Part shown: positions 8,304-15,925 of the stretch, piece by piece
Layout of the letters: the number at the start of each line of letters is the position of its first letter
Position numbering within the stretch: the stretch's first letter is position 1
Assembly (NCBI RefSeq): GCF_012911815.1
Contig: NZ_JAATNW010000003.1
Span: 327,078 to 359,077 of the forward strand
Direction: 5' to 3'
Length of the DNA: 32,000 nt
Source of the DNA: Alteromonas ponticola
GTDB lineage: Bacteria > Pseudomonadota > Gammaproteobacteria > Enterobacterales > Alteromonadaceae
The notes under the pieces: model-generated
The model's input: only the letters and a program-made list of their open reading frames with translations
What the model was told of the DNA's origin: nothing
Database searches by the model: none
Position numbers and translations under genes: made by a program

Positions 8304-9855
8304 CTTTCTCCGTGGTAAGATTAAGTGAATCTCTTAGCCACAAATTCACATCATCGATATTAAGTTCGTAACTTTTACTATAAAGGTTCTCATGATCGCT
8401 TACTCCGGCTCTATATGTGATATAAATAAGTTGAACTCCTACAATATATGCCAGATTCGAAAACGTTGATGCGTTCCCCCACTCCTCTGCCATCCAGCAT
8501 AAGGCCTTAGCGCCTTTCTTTGCGAATAAAATGTTTGTCCAAGCTGCTCCTGTCGGTCCAACGATGATGTCGGCATTACTAAAAACAGTCGCCTGCTCAA
8601 TGATGGTCATATTTTCAGGATTAACTTTCTTAAAACCATAACGGCTCAGGTTTTCAAAAACTTCATCTTGGTTATAACATCGATGTTTCATTGAAGGGGC
8701 TAAAAAAACTCGTTTGATTTTTGGTACATCACTCCTGGGCAAAGAATTCAATACGAGATTTCTTAAATAGTTTAAACTGTCATCTCGGTAATAAATATAT
8801 TCAGGTGGTGACCAAGCCGCCCCCTTTATACGAGGACAACACCTATTTGGAGAATTAAGTATAATTAAATCTTTTACTTTTACTGTTTCTGTCGACGAAA
8901 TTTTAATAAATTCATTTGGCAAATTAAACAATGAGATTAACTCTTTAATTGACTCGTACTTAAATGCCATTTTCGAAATGATTAACGGGTAAGAAGCAAA
9001 TTTTTCATTTAGTTCTTTCAAGTATTCTAACTGAGATAAAATCTCGATTATCCAGTGATAATAATTGGAGTCATAATAGCCATTAATGAGAATGCCTCTT
9101 TCAAAAATGCGCTGATGGCCCGTCTTAATTAGAGCTTGTTTATCTTCAAAGTGGTGAAGTACATGCCCTTTATTGTACTTCGCAAACTTCATGCTAATTG
9201 TATGCATTTTTTCGATGACGAGTGATTTATTACCTATTGCAAAGGCTCTGGAAATCGCACAAATCTGGGCATCGCTAAATTGGTAAGCTGCAACTTCAGG
9301 TATCGTTATTTCTACAAATTTTTGTGAGCGATCAATAAAGTTGGGGCCGGCTATGTGGTGCTGTTTAGCTTGACGAAATATTTGGATTTTATTTGACTGA
9401 CAATCGTCAAGATTTTCTGTAGGAATTATATCGTAACCAAAAAATTGGAAAAACGGACGATATAGTTTAGAGATACTTTGGGGTAATCTACAGATTAGAT
9501 TACGACTGAAATTCTGACAAGATTTGCGCCACTGTTTTAAGAGTGGTTTTTTACTGACAACTGAACGATAGTAGATAATGGGAATAGTTTTAAAATGCTT
9601 ATTCGTTTTAAGATTGTGGTAGATTTCTTCAAAAAAATCACTTGCAATAAGAATAAGGTCGATATCAAGTGTTGAGATAGCTGACGGTGCTAATACGGGA
9701 GTTGTACCTATGAAAGTCCCTTGTTTCGTTGTATCGTTATCCATATAAGCGACAATTTCATACTTTGACCTCACAGTTGGCACGAAATTTCTAGCCGCAG
9801 ATCCAGTTCCAAAGATCACCACTCTTTCTTTTCTGCCACGTTTCAAAATTTTCAT
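8290..9855 (-). CDS. Glycosyltransferase family 61 (DUF563)-like protein with an N-terminal Rossmann-like module
   Basis: Central DSNYYHWIIEILSQLEYLKE (the DUF563 hallmark yyH..E.l..L) and C-terminal ADIIVGPTGAAWTNILFAKKGAKALCW (the HGAgltN.lF equivalent). The N-terminus VVIFGTGSAARNF...MDNDTTKQGTFIGTTPVL resembles PglD/NeuD-type N-terminal nucleotide-binding modules. There is a 14-nt overlap with the downstream FdtA-like gene. Confidence 0.6.
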   Translation of the reverse strand: MKILKRGRKERVVIFGTGSAARNFVPTVRSKYEIVAYMDNDTTKQGTFIGTTPVLAPSAISTLDIDLILIASDFFEEIYHNLKTNKHFKTIPIIYYRSVVSKKPLLKQWRKSCQNFSRNLICRLPQSISKLYRPFFQFFGYDIIPTENLDDCQSNKIQIFRQAKQHHIAGPNFIDRSQKFVEITIPEVAAYQFSDAQICAISRAFAIGNKSLVIEKMHTISMKFAKYNKGHVLHHFEDKQALIKTGHQRIFERGILINGYYDSNYYHWIIEILSQLEYLKELNEKFASYPLIISKMAFKYESIKELISLFNLPNEFIKISSTETVKVKDLIILNSPNRCCPRIKGAAWSPPEYIYYRDDSLNYLRNLVLNSLPRSDVPKIKRVFLAPSMKHRCYNQDEVFENLSRYGFKKVNPENMTIIEQATVFSNADIIVGPTGAAWTNILFAKKGAKALCWMAEEWGNASTFSNLAYIVGVQLIYITYRAGVSDHENLYSKSYELNIDDVNLWLRDSLNLTTEKDDGH

Positions 9856-10096
9856 ACTACTTACTGCATTTCACTAGTTAGGCTTAGCCATCCTAAAATT
9901 TACAATGGCAGCTAAATTATCATGATACTATAGAAGTTCTTCTCTTTTCAGTAAATAACACAAACTGTAAAGTTTAATCTATAAGTAAAAAGTTCAATCA
10001 GATTCAGTCAGTTCGATACTAAATTGGCGGTGCTTATAATCCCAAAAAAGGCTGTTACTGCAAATTGTATCGGATATTTACGAGGAAACATTAGTA
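9856..10096. promoter_or_regulatory. Divergent intergenic region (241 bp) between the GT61-like (-) and aminotransferase (+) genes
   Basis: Position only: it is AT-rich and flanked by two divergently oriented start codons. A GAGGAAA Shine-Dalgarno lies 8 nt before the ATG at 10097. I did not identify -10/-35 elements with any confidence. Confidence 0.3.
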
Positions 10097-11224
10097 ATGA
10101 AGGTTCCTTTTTTAAATTTAAGAGCGATTAATGCAAGGGATGAGCATGCGATAATCAGTGCGTGCGAAAGAGTTATAAAAAGTGGCTGGTATGTGAACAG
10201 TGAAGAGGTGTCCAATTTTGAAAGTAAATTTTCTAACTATTGCGGCACAAAATATTGCATCGGTGTAGCCAATGGGTTGGACGCTCTGAAATTGACACTG
10301 GCCGCATGGAAAATTCTCGGGAAATTAAAGGATGGTGATGAAGTGCTTGTGCCCGGAAATACATTTATAGCCACCGTCCTCGCCGTAATCGATACGGGTT
10401 TAAATCCAGTATTTGTTGAACCGGATCCTGAAACATTCCTTATTTCAAATTCGTCACTTGAAAGTGCCATAACCAGTAGATGCAAAGCGATTATTCCAGT
10501 TCATTTGTATGGGCAATTAGTAGATTTATCAGCTTTACGAGGTGTGATTGAGAAGCACGAATTATTGGTACTCGAAGATTCTGCACAAGCCCATGGCGCT
10601 TCTTTGATGGGAAAGCGCGCGGGCAACCTGGGGCATGCAGCTGCATTTAGTTTTTACCCTGGCAAAAACCTTGGCGCATTAGGCGATGGCGGCGCAGTGA
10701 CAACTAACGATGCTGAGCTGGCTAGTTTAATAAAAGCATTAGCAAACTATGGTTCGGAAGATAAGTACGTACATTCATTTGTGGGGTACAATAGTCGACT
10801 AGACGCCATTCAAGCCGCAATTCTCAACGTGAAACTAACTCGTCTGGATAATGATATCGAATTGCGCCGAAAGATAGTGCACAGATATCTTAACGAAATC
10901 AGTAACCCTCATATTAGTTTACCTTCTATAAATGATACACAGAGTCACGTCTGGCATTTATTTGTTGTTAAAACGGAATTCAGAAAAGCTCTGCAAGCGT
11001 GGCTAACTGCTCATGATGTCCAAACGTTGGTTCATTATCCAATCGCTCCTCATAAACAGGAGGCTTTGTCACAATTCAGCCACACGATACTACCAGTGAC
11101 GGAAAATTTACAGTCAGTAGTTCTCAGTTTGCCGGTTGATCCCACATTAGATAATGAGCAGGTTAGCTACGTTATCGATGTGTGTAATAAGTTTAAACTG
11201 AATGCCGAAAACCACCCACTTTAG
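10097..11224 (+). CDS. DegT/DnrJ/EryC1-family PLP-dependent sugar aminotransferase (FdtB/QdtB/WecE-like)
   Basis: The N-terminus [48 protein letters not shown] is the classic family opening. Also present: EDSAQAHGA and [17 protein letters not shown] (PLP-lysine motif). Confidence 0.85.
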   Translation: MKVPFLNLRAINARDEHAIISACERVIKSGWYVNSEEVSNFESKFSNYCGTKYCIGVANGLDALKLTLAAWKILGKLKDGDEVLVPGNTFIATVLAVIDTGLNPVFVEPDPETFLISNSSLESAITSRCKAIIPVHLYGQLVDLSALRGVIEKHELLVLEDSAQAHGASLMGKRAGNLGHAAAFSFYPGKNLGALGDGGAVTTNDAELASLIKALANYGSEDKYVHSFVGYNSRLDAIQAAILNVKLTRLDNDIELRRKIVHRYLNEISNPHISLPSINDTQSHVWHLFVVKTEFRKALQAWLTAHDVQTLVHYPIAPHKQEALSQFSHTILPVTENLQSVVLSLPVDPTLDNEQVSYVIDVCNKFKLNAENHPL

Positions 11225-11300
11225 GATACCGATTTTGATGACATTAATTCGACCTGAAAAGCCTACCAAATTTCGCACGAAAAATTAAAATTGATAGTGA

Positions 11301-12218
11301 TTAGTCCAAAGGATAAGTTTTTGGACTCGCTTCTTTTATGTCATTGAATTCAACTTTGTTCAAGTTTGCGTAGTCTGTCAGCTGCATATTTTGTTTAGGC
11401 GTTTTCCAATCACCATACTGATATGTCAGGTAAGCCTCGTATTCAAAAGGAACGGTGATTTTACTACCATTCCAATTGAGTTTCTCACATGATAAAAAGT
11501 GCTTTTCAGGGCTGTGCCACATTCCTAAGCTCGGCATATGATGTGCGATACCATCCTTAAACTCTCTTAAGGCAAATGAAGTAGAAAAATTAGCAATCTC
11601 ACCCGTTTGATCTGTGAACAAAAGTAGTAGCCCTAAAGTCTCGCCCATTCTATTTTTGAGCTCATCAATACGCCATTCAATGTTATATTCTGAGTGTGCA
11701 ATGAAATCCTTTAACACACTAACAAGTTCAGGTACGCAATCTTTGTCAATTGTAAAATCAATATCGTCGTCCCACGGGATAATATCACCATCGCGGACGA
11801 TGCCAAGTAGAGTACCGAAGTCGACCATTAAAGGAATTTCTTTACTCGCTGACAATTGGCAAAGCAATGTGATGATATGCCGGCCGAGAATTAATGTGTT
11901 TGCATCCCTAAATGGTTCAACCTTGAGCGCTTTTAACGTTTTCTTTTTGGGAATTAGTACTTTGGTCTTATCGATACCCAAACTTTCCGTGAGTTGCGTA
12001 TACACTTCCATAGACCATTGGGTAGTGATAACGATTTGATCAAATTCAAGTTTTAACACTGACTCTGGTCCCATTACGTTTAAATCTCGAATGGTCGTGC
12101 CAACTTTCGTCGGATCATTATCCAGAATACCGATAAATTCCCGCTCGTTATCTTGAACACTATCAAGGTATTGGCATGCGCCAGCACTTGCTCCGAATAA
12201 GAGCGTTTTAATGGTCAT
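11301..12218 (-). CDS. LicD-family phospho-headgroup transferase with an N-terminal Rossmann-like module
   Basis: DFGTLLGIVRDGDIIPWDDDIDFTI is the LicD/fukutin nucleotidyltransferase-fold signature (LLG.vR.g..IPWDDDiD). The N-terminus LLFGASAGACQYL...LDNDPTKVGTTIRDLNVMGP is homologous to the N-terminus of the 8290-9855 protein. Confidence 0.7.
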   Translation of the reverse strand: MTIKTLLFGASAGACQYLDSVQDNEREFIGILDNDPTKVGTTIRDLNVMGPESVLKLEFDQIVITTQWSMEVYTQLTESLGIDKTKVLIPKKKTLKALKVEPFRDANTLILGRHIITLLCQLSASKEIPLMVDFGTLLGIVRDGDIIPWDDDIDFTIDKDCVPELVSVLKDFIAHSEYNIEWRIDELKNRMGETLGLLLLFTDQTGEIANFSTSFALREFKDGIAHHMPSLGMWHSPEKHFLSCEKLNWNGSKITVPFEYEAYLTYQYGDWKTPKQNMQLTDYANLNKVEFNDIKEASPKTYPLD

Positions 12219-12219
12219 A

Positions 12220-13305
12220 TCATGTCCCCTCGTTCAAACTTGATAGCAGGATTTGCTTGATCTGAGCTGAAGTAACAGGCCGAGTAAAGTTTTTTGCTCT
12301 ACTGGGCTCCAAGTCATAATCATACTCACTAATTATTTGCTCTGCTGATGCAAAATGTGTCACCTCATCAACAAGTTTTAGACTGGATAACAAATCTTCA
12401 AGCCCATCTCGTTGCGCTGAGCTAAGCCCCAACTCTTCGTTTTTGAAAAGTGAGAGCAAAGCAGGTAACGTAAAACTACAGGCCAAACCATGCGGAATGC
12501 CATACTTCAAAGTTAGCGAGTAGGACATCGCATGGGCGAGCGCAGTTCGCGTCTCAGTAATTGCCATCCCAGCCAGATTTGCCCCTACCAACATAGTTTT
12601 TCTTGCTTCGAGTGACTGGGGAGTTGCCAGAACCCGGGGCAAACCATCTAACACATGATCAATAGCTGATAAGGCCGCCTTCTGGCTTGAAGGAGTGCGT
12701 TGGTTGTTCCATAACGACTCAAGTGCGTGAGAAAGCGCGTCCAAGCCAGAGTACAAGGTTTCATTTCGCGGGAGTGTCTGTGTTAAGTTCGCGACCAGAA
12801 TAGTTGAGTCTGGTATGCGATCGGAGAACGAGTATTTGGTTTGGGTTCGGCTGTCCCACACCGTGGCAAAAGGAGTGATTTCGGCGCCAGTTCCAGATGA
12901 AGTCGGTATGGTAGTAAGCGGAATCGGTTCGTTATTGGGTAATGCCGTTCTTAAAACAAGATACTCTTCCAGTTTCGCTGAAGATTGACCAAGCATGCGG
13001 CTAAGCACTTTTGCTGAATCCATGACACTTCCACCCCCCAATGCGATGATAGAGGTAAAATCAGTGCGTTGATATTGCTCAAGTATCCGAGCTAAATAAG
13101 CCAATTCAGGATTTGGCGAAACATCTTCGATTACGGTGAATGAACAATTTGGCAGCGAAGCCAGCACTTCATCCACCACACCTCTCTGTCTAAAGCCAGC
13201 ACTGGTTATCAATAATGGTTTACGACCAAGAGACAAGCGACTTAGCGTATCAGTTAATGATTCAGAGATTACTACATTAAACTCCGGCACACTTTCCTTG
13301 ATCAT
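12220..13305 (-). CDS. Group III iron-containing alcohol dehydrogenase; candidate phosphonoacetaldehyde reductase (PhpC/FomC-like)
   Basis: Fe-ADH layout: GGGSVMDSAK, GLDALSHALESLWN, ALAHAMSYSL and GIPHGLACS (metal His ligands). It shares a 4-nt ATGA overlap with the upstream phosphonopyruvate decarboxylase gene. Confidence 0.8.
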   Translation of the reverse strand: MIKESVPEFNVVISESLTDTLSRLSLGRKPLLITSAGFRQRGVVDEVLASLPNCSFTVIEDVSPNPELAYLARILEQYQRTDFTSIIALGGGSVMDSAKVLSRMLGQSSAKLEEYLVLRTALPNNEPIPLTTIPTSSGTGAEITPFATVWDSRTQTKYSFSDRIPDSTILVANLTQTLPRNETLYSGLDALSHALESLWNNQRTPSSQKAALSAIDHVLDGLPRVLATPQSLEARKTMLVGANLAGMAITETRTALAHAMSYSLTLKYGIPHGLACSFTLPALLSLFKNEELGLSSAQRDGLEDLLSSLKLVDEVTHFASAEQIISEYDYDLEPSRAKNFTRPVTSAQIKQILLSSLNEGT

Positions 13306-14444
13306 TTCAAGTGCTCTTGAGCTTTTTGAGTGCTACCAAGATGTTGCATAAACGCTTGCTTATTTTCGATTGGTGTTGATGTGGGACGACCAAGTTCAGC
13401 CCGGGCCCCCTGAGCAATCTGAATTTCGACTAACACGGGCCCCTCACTCTCAGTACAGCGGGTAAAATAATTCTGGATTTCCTTTTCTGATGAAAAGCAC
13501 AGGTAGTCTTTATAGCCACAGGCCTTTGCTAAACCTTTAATATCCACGCTAGTGATCACCGTCGGCTGACCGCCGACAGATTCGTGGCTTTGGTTATTCA
13601 AAACGACGTGAATGAAGTTTGATGGCGCGACTGCCCCTGTTACCGCCAGAGCCCCCATATGCATCAGCATCGAGCCATCTCCATCCAGCGCGACCACCAA
13701 CCTTTTAGGCTGTGCCATGGCTACACCAAGTGAGATTGAGGCGGTGTGTCCCATCCCCCCCACAGTGAGAAAGTCTCGAGTAGGTTGGTTTTTTGCCTTT
13801 CTTAGCTCAAATACCTCGCGTGAAGTTTTCCCTGTGGTCGATACGACCACTGTATCAGGATGCATGCAATCTAAAAGACAAGAGAGTGCACTCTCTCTTT
13901 TCATACTGAATGATTGTAAACCAGGCGAGGACGTCACTGACGCGAAAGTATCTTTTTTCACCACCAATGCCACAGGACGTGACTCTTCATACATTTGTTT
14001 GAGCAACAGCGCAATAGAGTCAAACGTCGATGTACTATCTACAACCAGGTGAGGCACATCGAGTAACTCAAGCTGTTGAAGGGTGATCGCCCCTTGTTTA
14101 ACGTGTTGGGGCTCATCTTTTACGTTCGGTTCACCCCGCCATCCTATTACTAATAGCATGGGAATACTGTATACCTGTCGATCACACAAAGATGTCATTG
14201 GGTTAACGACATTACCTAACCCAGAGTTCTGCATATACACTACAGCTGCATTGCCGGAACCGAGATAGAACCCAGTTGCCATCGCCATTGCATTACCCTC
14301 ATTGGCAGTAATGATATGTTGTTTTTTCTCATAGTGATTATCAATATAAGCACAAAGAGATTTTAACAATGAATCAGGAACACCATAGTATTGAGTTAGC
14401 CCTTTGTGCGCCAGGAACGTACAAAACTCCGCAGGCGAAATCAT
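13302..14444 (-). CDS. ppd: Phosphonopyruvate decarboxylase (ThDP-dependent)
   Basis: The N-terminal GVPDSLLKSL is typical of Ppd/AepY. The ThDP-binding motif is LDGDGSMLMHMGALAV...VVLNNQSHES. Its start overlaps the PEP mutase stop by 1 nt (TAATG at 14444). Confidence 0.85.
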   Translation of the reverse strand: MISPAEFCTFLAHKGLTQYYGVPDSLLKSLCAYIDNHYEKKQHIITANEGNAMAMATGFYLGSGNAAVVYMQNSGLGNVVNPMTSLCDRQVYSIPMLLVIGWRGEPNVKDEPQHVKQGAITLQQLELLDVPHLVVDSTSTFDSIALLLKQMYEESRPVALVVKKDTFASVTSSPGLQSFSMKRESALSCLLDCMHPDTVVVSTTGKTSREVFELRKAKNQPTRDFLTVGGMGHTASISLGVAMAQPKRLVVALDGDGSMLMHMGALAVTGAVAPSNFIHVVLNNQSHESVGGQPTVITSVDIKGLAKACGYKDYLCFSSEKEIQNYFTRCTESEGPVLVEIQIAQGARAELGRPTSTPIENKQAFMQHLGSTQKAQEHLK

Positions 14445-15745
14445 TATTTACCACCCGGAATAAGCTCAAGTATTTGCTTAATTGGCATCATATTTTCGTC
14501 TACTTCAGCCGAGCGCCCATGAGTTAGGATGCTTTGCGCTGTATTCATCATAGCTGGATAAGCGCTACGTAGAAGCTGATTTGCATAAATGACTACATTT
14601 ACGCCTCGTGCCTCTAAATCTTTTTCGTAGACTTGGTTATAACTTGAGGGAACTGCTACGAGCGTTTTTCGATTTGAAAGCTGATTGTAGCGATCACAGA
14701 ATTCGAAAATTTCATCGGGTGATTTCTGCCGACTATGGATCATAATGCCATCAGCACCTGCTTCGAGATAAGCTTGCGCACGCTTCATCGCATCATCGAC
14801 TCCTTGATCAAGAATCAGACTCTCAATACGCGCAATGATCATAAAATCCTGGGTCGCCTGAGCTGTTTTGCCTGCCTGAATTTTATGACAGAAGTTTTCG
14901 ATAGAATCCTGCGTTTGGGCCACGTCGGTACCGAACAAGGAGTTCTTTTTCAAACCTGTCTTGTCTTCAATGATAACCGCCGATACACCGAGGCGCTCCA
15001 GCGTCTTAACTGTAAATACGAAGTGTTCGGTCTTACCACCGGTATCACCATCATAAATAATAGGCTTTGTGGTAACTTCAAGCACTTCGTTCAGTGTAGA
15101 CATGCGCGACGTAACATCGACCGCTTCGATATCGGGCTTTCCCTTGGCAGTAGAGTCTGTCAGGCTGCTTCCCCACATCCCATCAAACTCTCTGGGGCCG
15201 TTCTCTGTCTCTATGCGAGTATTTTCGATAATTAACCCAGAGAGTGCATTATGGATATCCAAAAAACGGACTAAGGGTTTAGCGTTAAGAATTCGACGCA
15301 ATGACTTCAATCGCACCTCTGGGGTGGTGCCAATCTCTTTCATTGCATTATGTATTTGGGTTGAAGAGATGCCGTGGGTATAGGGAACTTCGACTAATTT
15401 TCCATCCCATTGAGCCAGGCAATCGATCACTCGTTGACGGGTTTTCTTTTGAATGCCCGATGTCCAGTCATCACCATGCACAACGAAGTCAGGCTTTAAG
15501 GCCTCTAAGTTTGGCACATAATCCAGCGTTTCCTGAGGGATCACATATTCCACCCCTTTAATATTTTCAATTACCTCTTTGCGTTGCTCAAAAGTCATAA
15601 ATGGAACACGTTTATAGCTGGCAATGGCTTTGTCAGTTAACAAACCCACTGTCACTTCACCTAATTCCGTTGCACGCTTAATAATATTCAGGTGGCCAGG
15701 ATGGACTAAATCAGCGCTCATTCCGAGATATACTTTTTTCGTCAT
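14444..15745 (-). CDS. ppm: Bifunctional cytidylyltransferase (HIGH-type, TagD/ECT-like) / phosphoenolpyruvate mutase fusion
   Basis: Residues 1-135 carry [18 protein letters not shown] (the H-x-G-H cytidylyltransferase motif). Residues about 150-433 are isocitrate-lyase/PEP-mutase fold and carry the Ppm-specific E-D-K-x5-N-S motif. This is [10 protein letters not shown], residues 260-269, nt 14939-14968, checked codon by codon. Confidence 0.9.
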   Translation of the reverse strand: MTKKVYLGMSADLVHPGHLNIIKRATELGEVTVGLLTDKAIASYKRVPFMTFEQRKEVIENIKGVEYVIPQETLDYVPNLEALKPDFVVHGDDWTSGIQKKTRQRVIDCLAQWDGKLVEVPYTHGISSTQIHNAMKEIGTTPEVRLKSLRRILNAKPLVRFLDIHNALSGLIIENTRIETENGPREFDGMWGSSLTDSTAKGKPDIEAVDVTSRMSTLNEVLEVTTKPIIYDGDTGGKTEHFVFTVKTLERLGVSAVIIEDKTGLKKNSLFGTDVAQTQDSIENFCHKIQAGKTAQATQDFMIIARIESLILDQGVDDAMKRAQAYLEAGADGIMIHSRQKSPDEIFEFCDRYNQLSNRKTLVAVPSSYNQVYEKDLEARGVNVVIYANQLLRSAYPAMMNTAQSILTHGRSAEVDENMMPIKQILELIPGGK

Positions 15746-15783
15746 TTTCTCTACTTCTAATATGATTTTTGTTGCTCAATATG

Positions 15784-15851
15784 CAATGTAGTGATGTCTG
15801 CGTAAGTTTTTGAATCTGCTTAATTAAGCTTCATTTAATATCACTGCATTG
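15784..15851. repeat. 12-bp inverted repeat (1 mismatch) enclosing a perfect 12-bp palindrome, in the luxC-like/ppm spacer
   Basis: The arms are caatgtagtgat (15784-15795) and atcactgcattg (15840-15851), matching at 11 of 12 positions. GCTTAATTAAGC at 15818-15829 is a perfect palindrome between them. Confidence 0.5.
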
Positions 15852-15925
15852 TCATCTATTCGATAGTTTTAATTTTATATTTACGGCCACAGTGTGAACA
15901 AATACTGTAATGAGTAACTTCACCA

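Noticed and set aside
11225-11300. An expected bidirectional terminator in the 76-bp convergent gap between the aminotransferase (+) and licD-like (-) genes.
   Set aside because: The only self-complementarity I found is TTTCG-CA-CGAAA, a 5-bp stem with a 2-nt loop. That is sterically implausible as a terminator hairpin, so no terminator is called.
13755-13761. A 7-nt C run (G7 on the coding strand) inside the phosphonopyruvate decarboxylase gene, considered as a Campylobacter-style phase-variable tract.
   Set aside because: It encodes the conserved Gly-Gly of TVGGMGH. Seven nt is at or below the length where slippage is usually appreciable, and the frame is intact. Other 6-nt C runs occur in neighbouring GC-richer genes.
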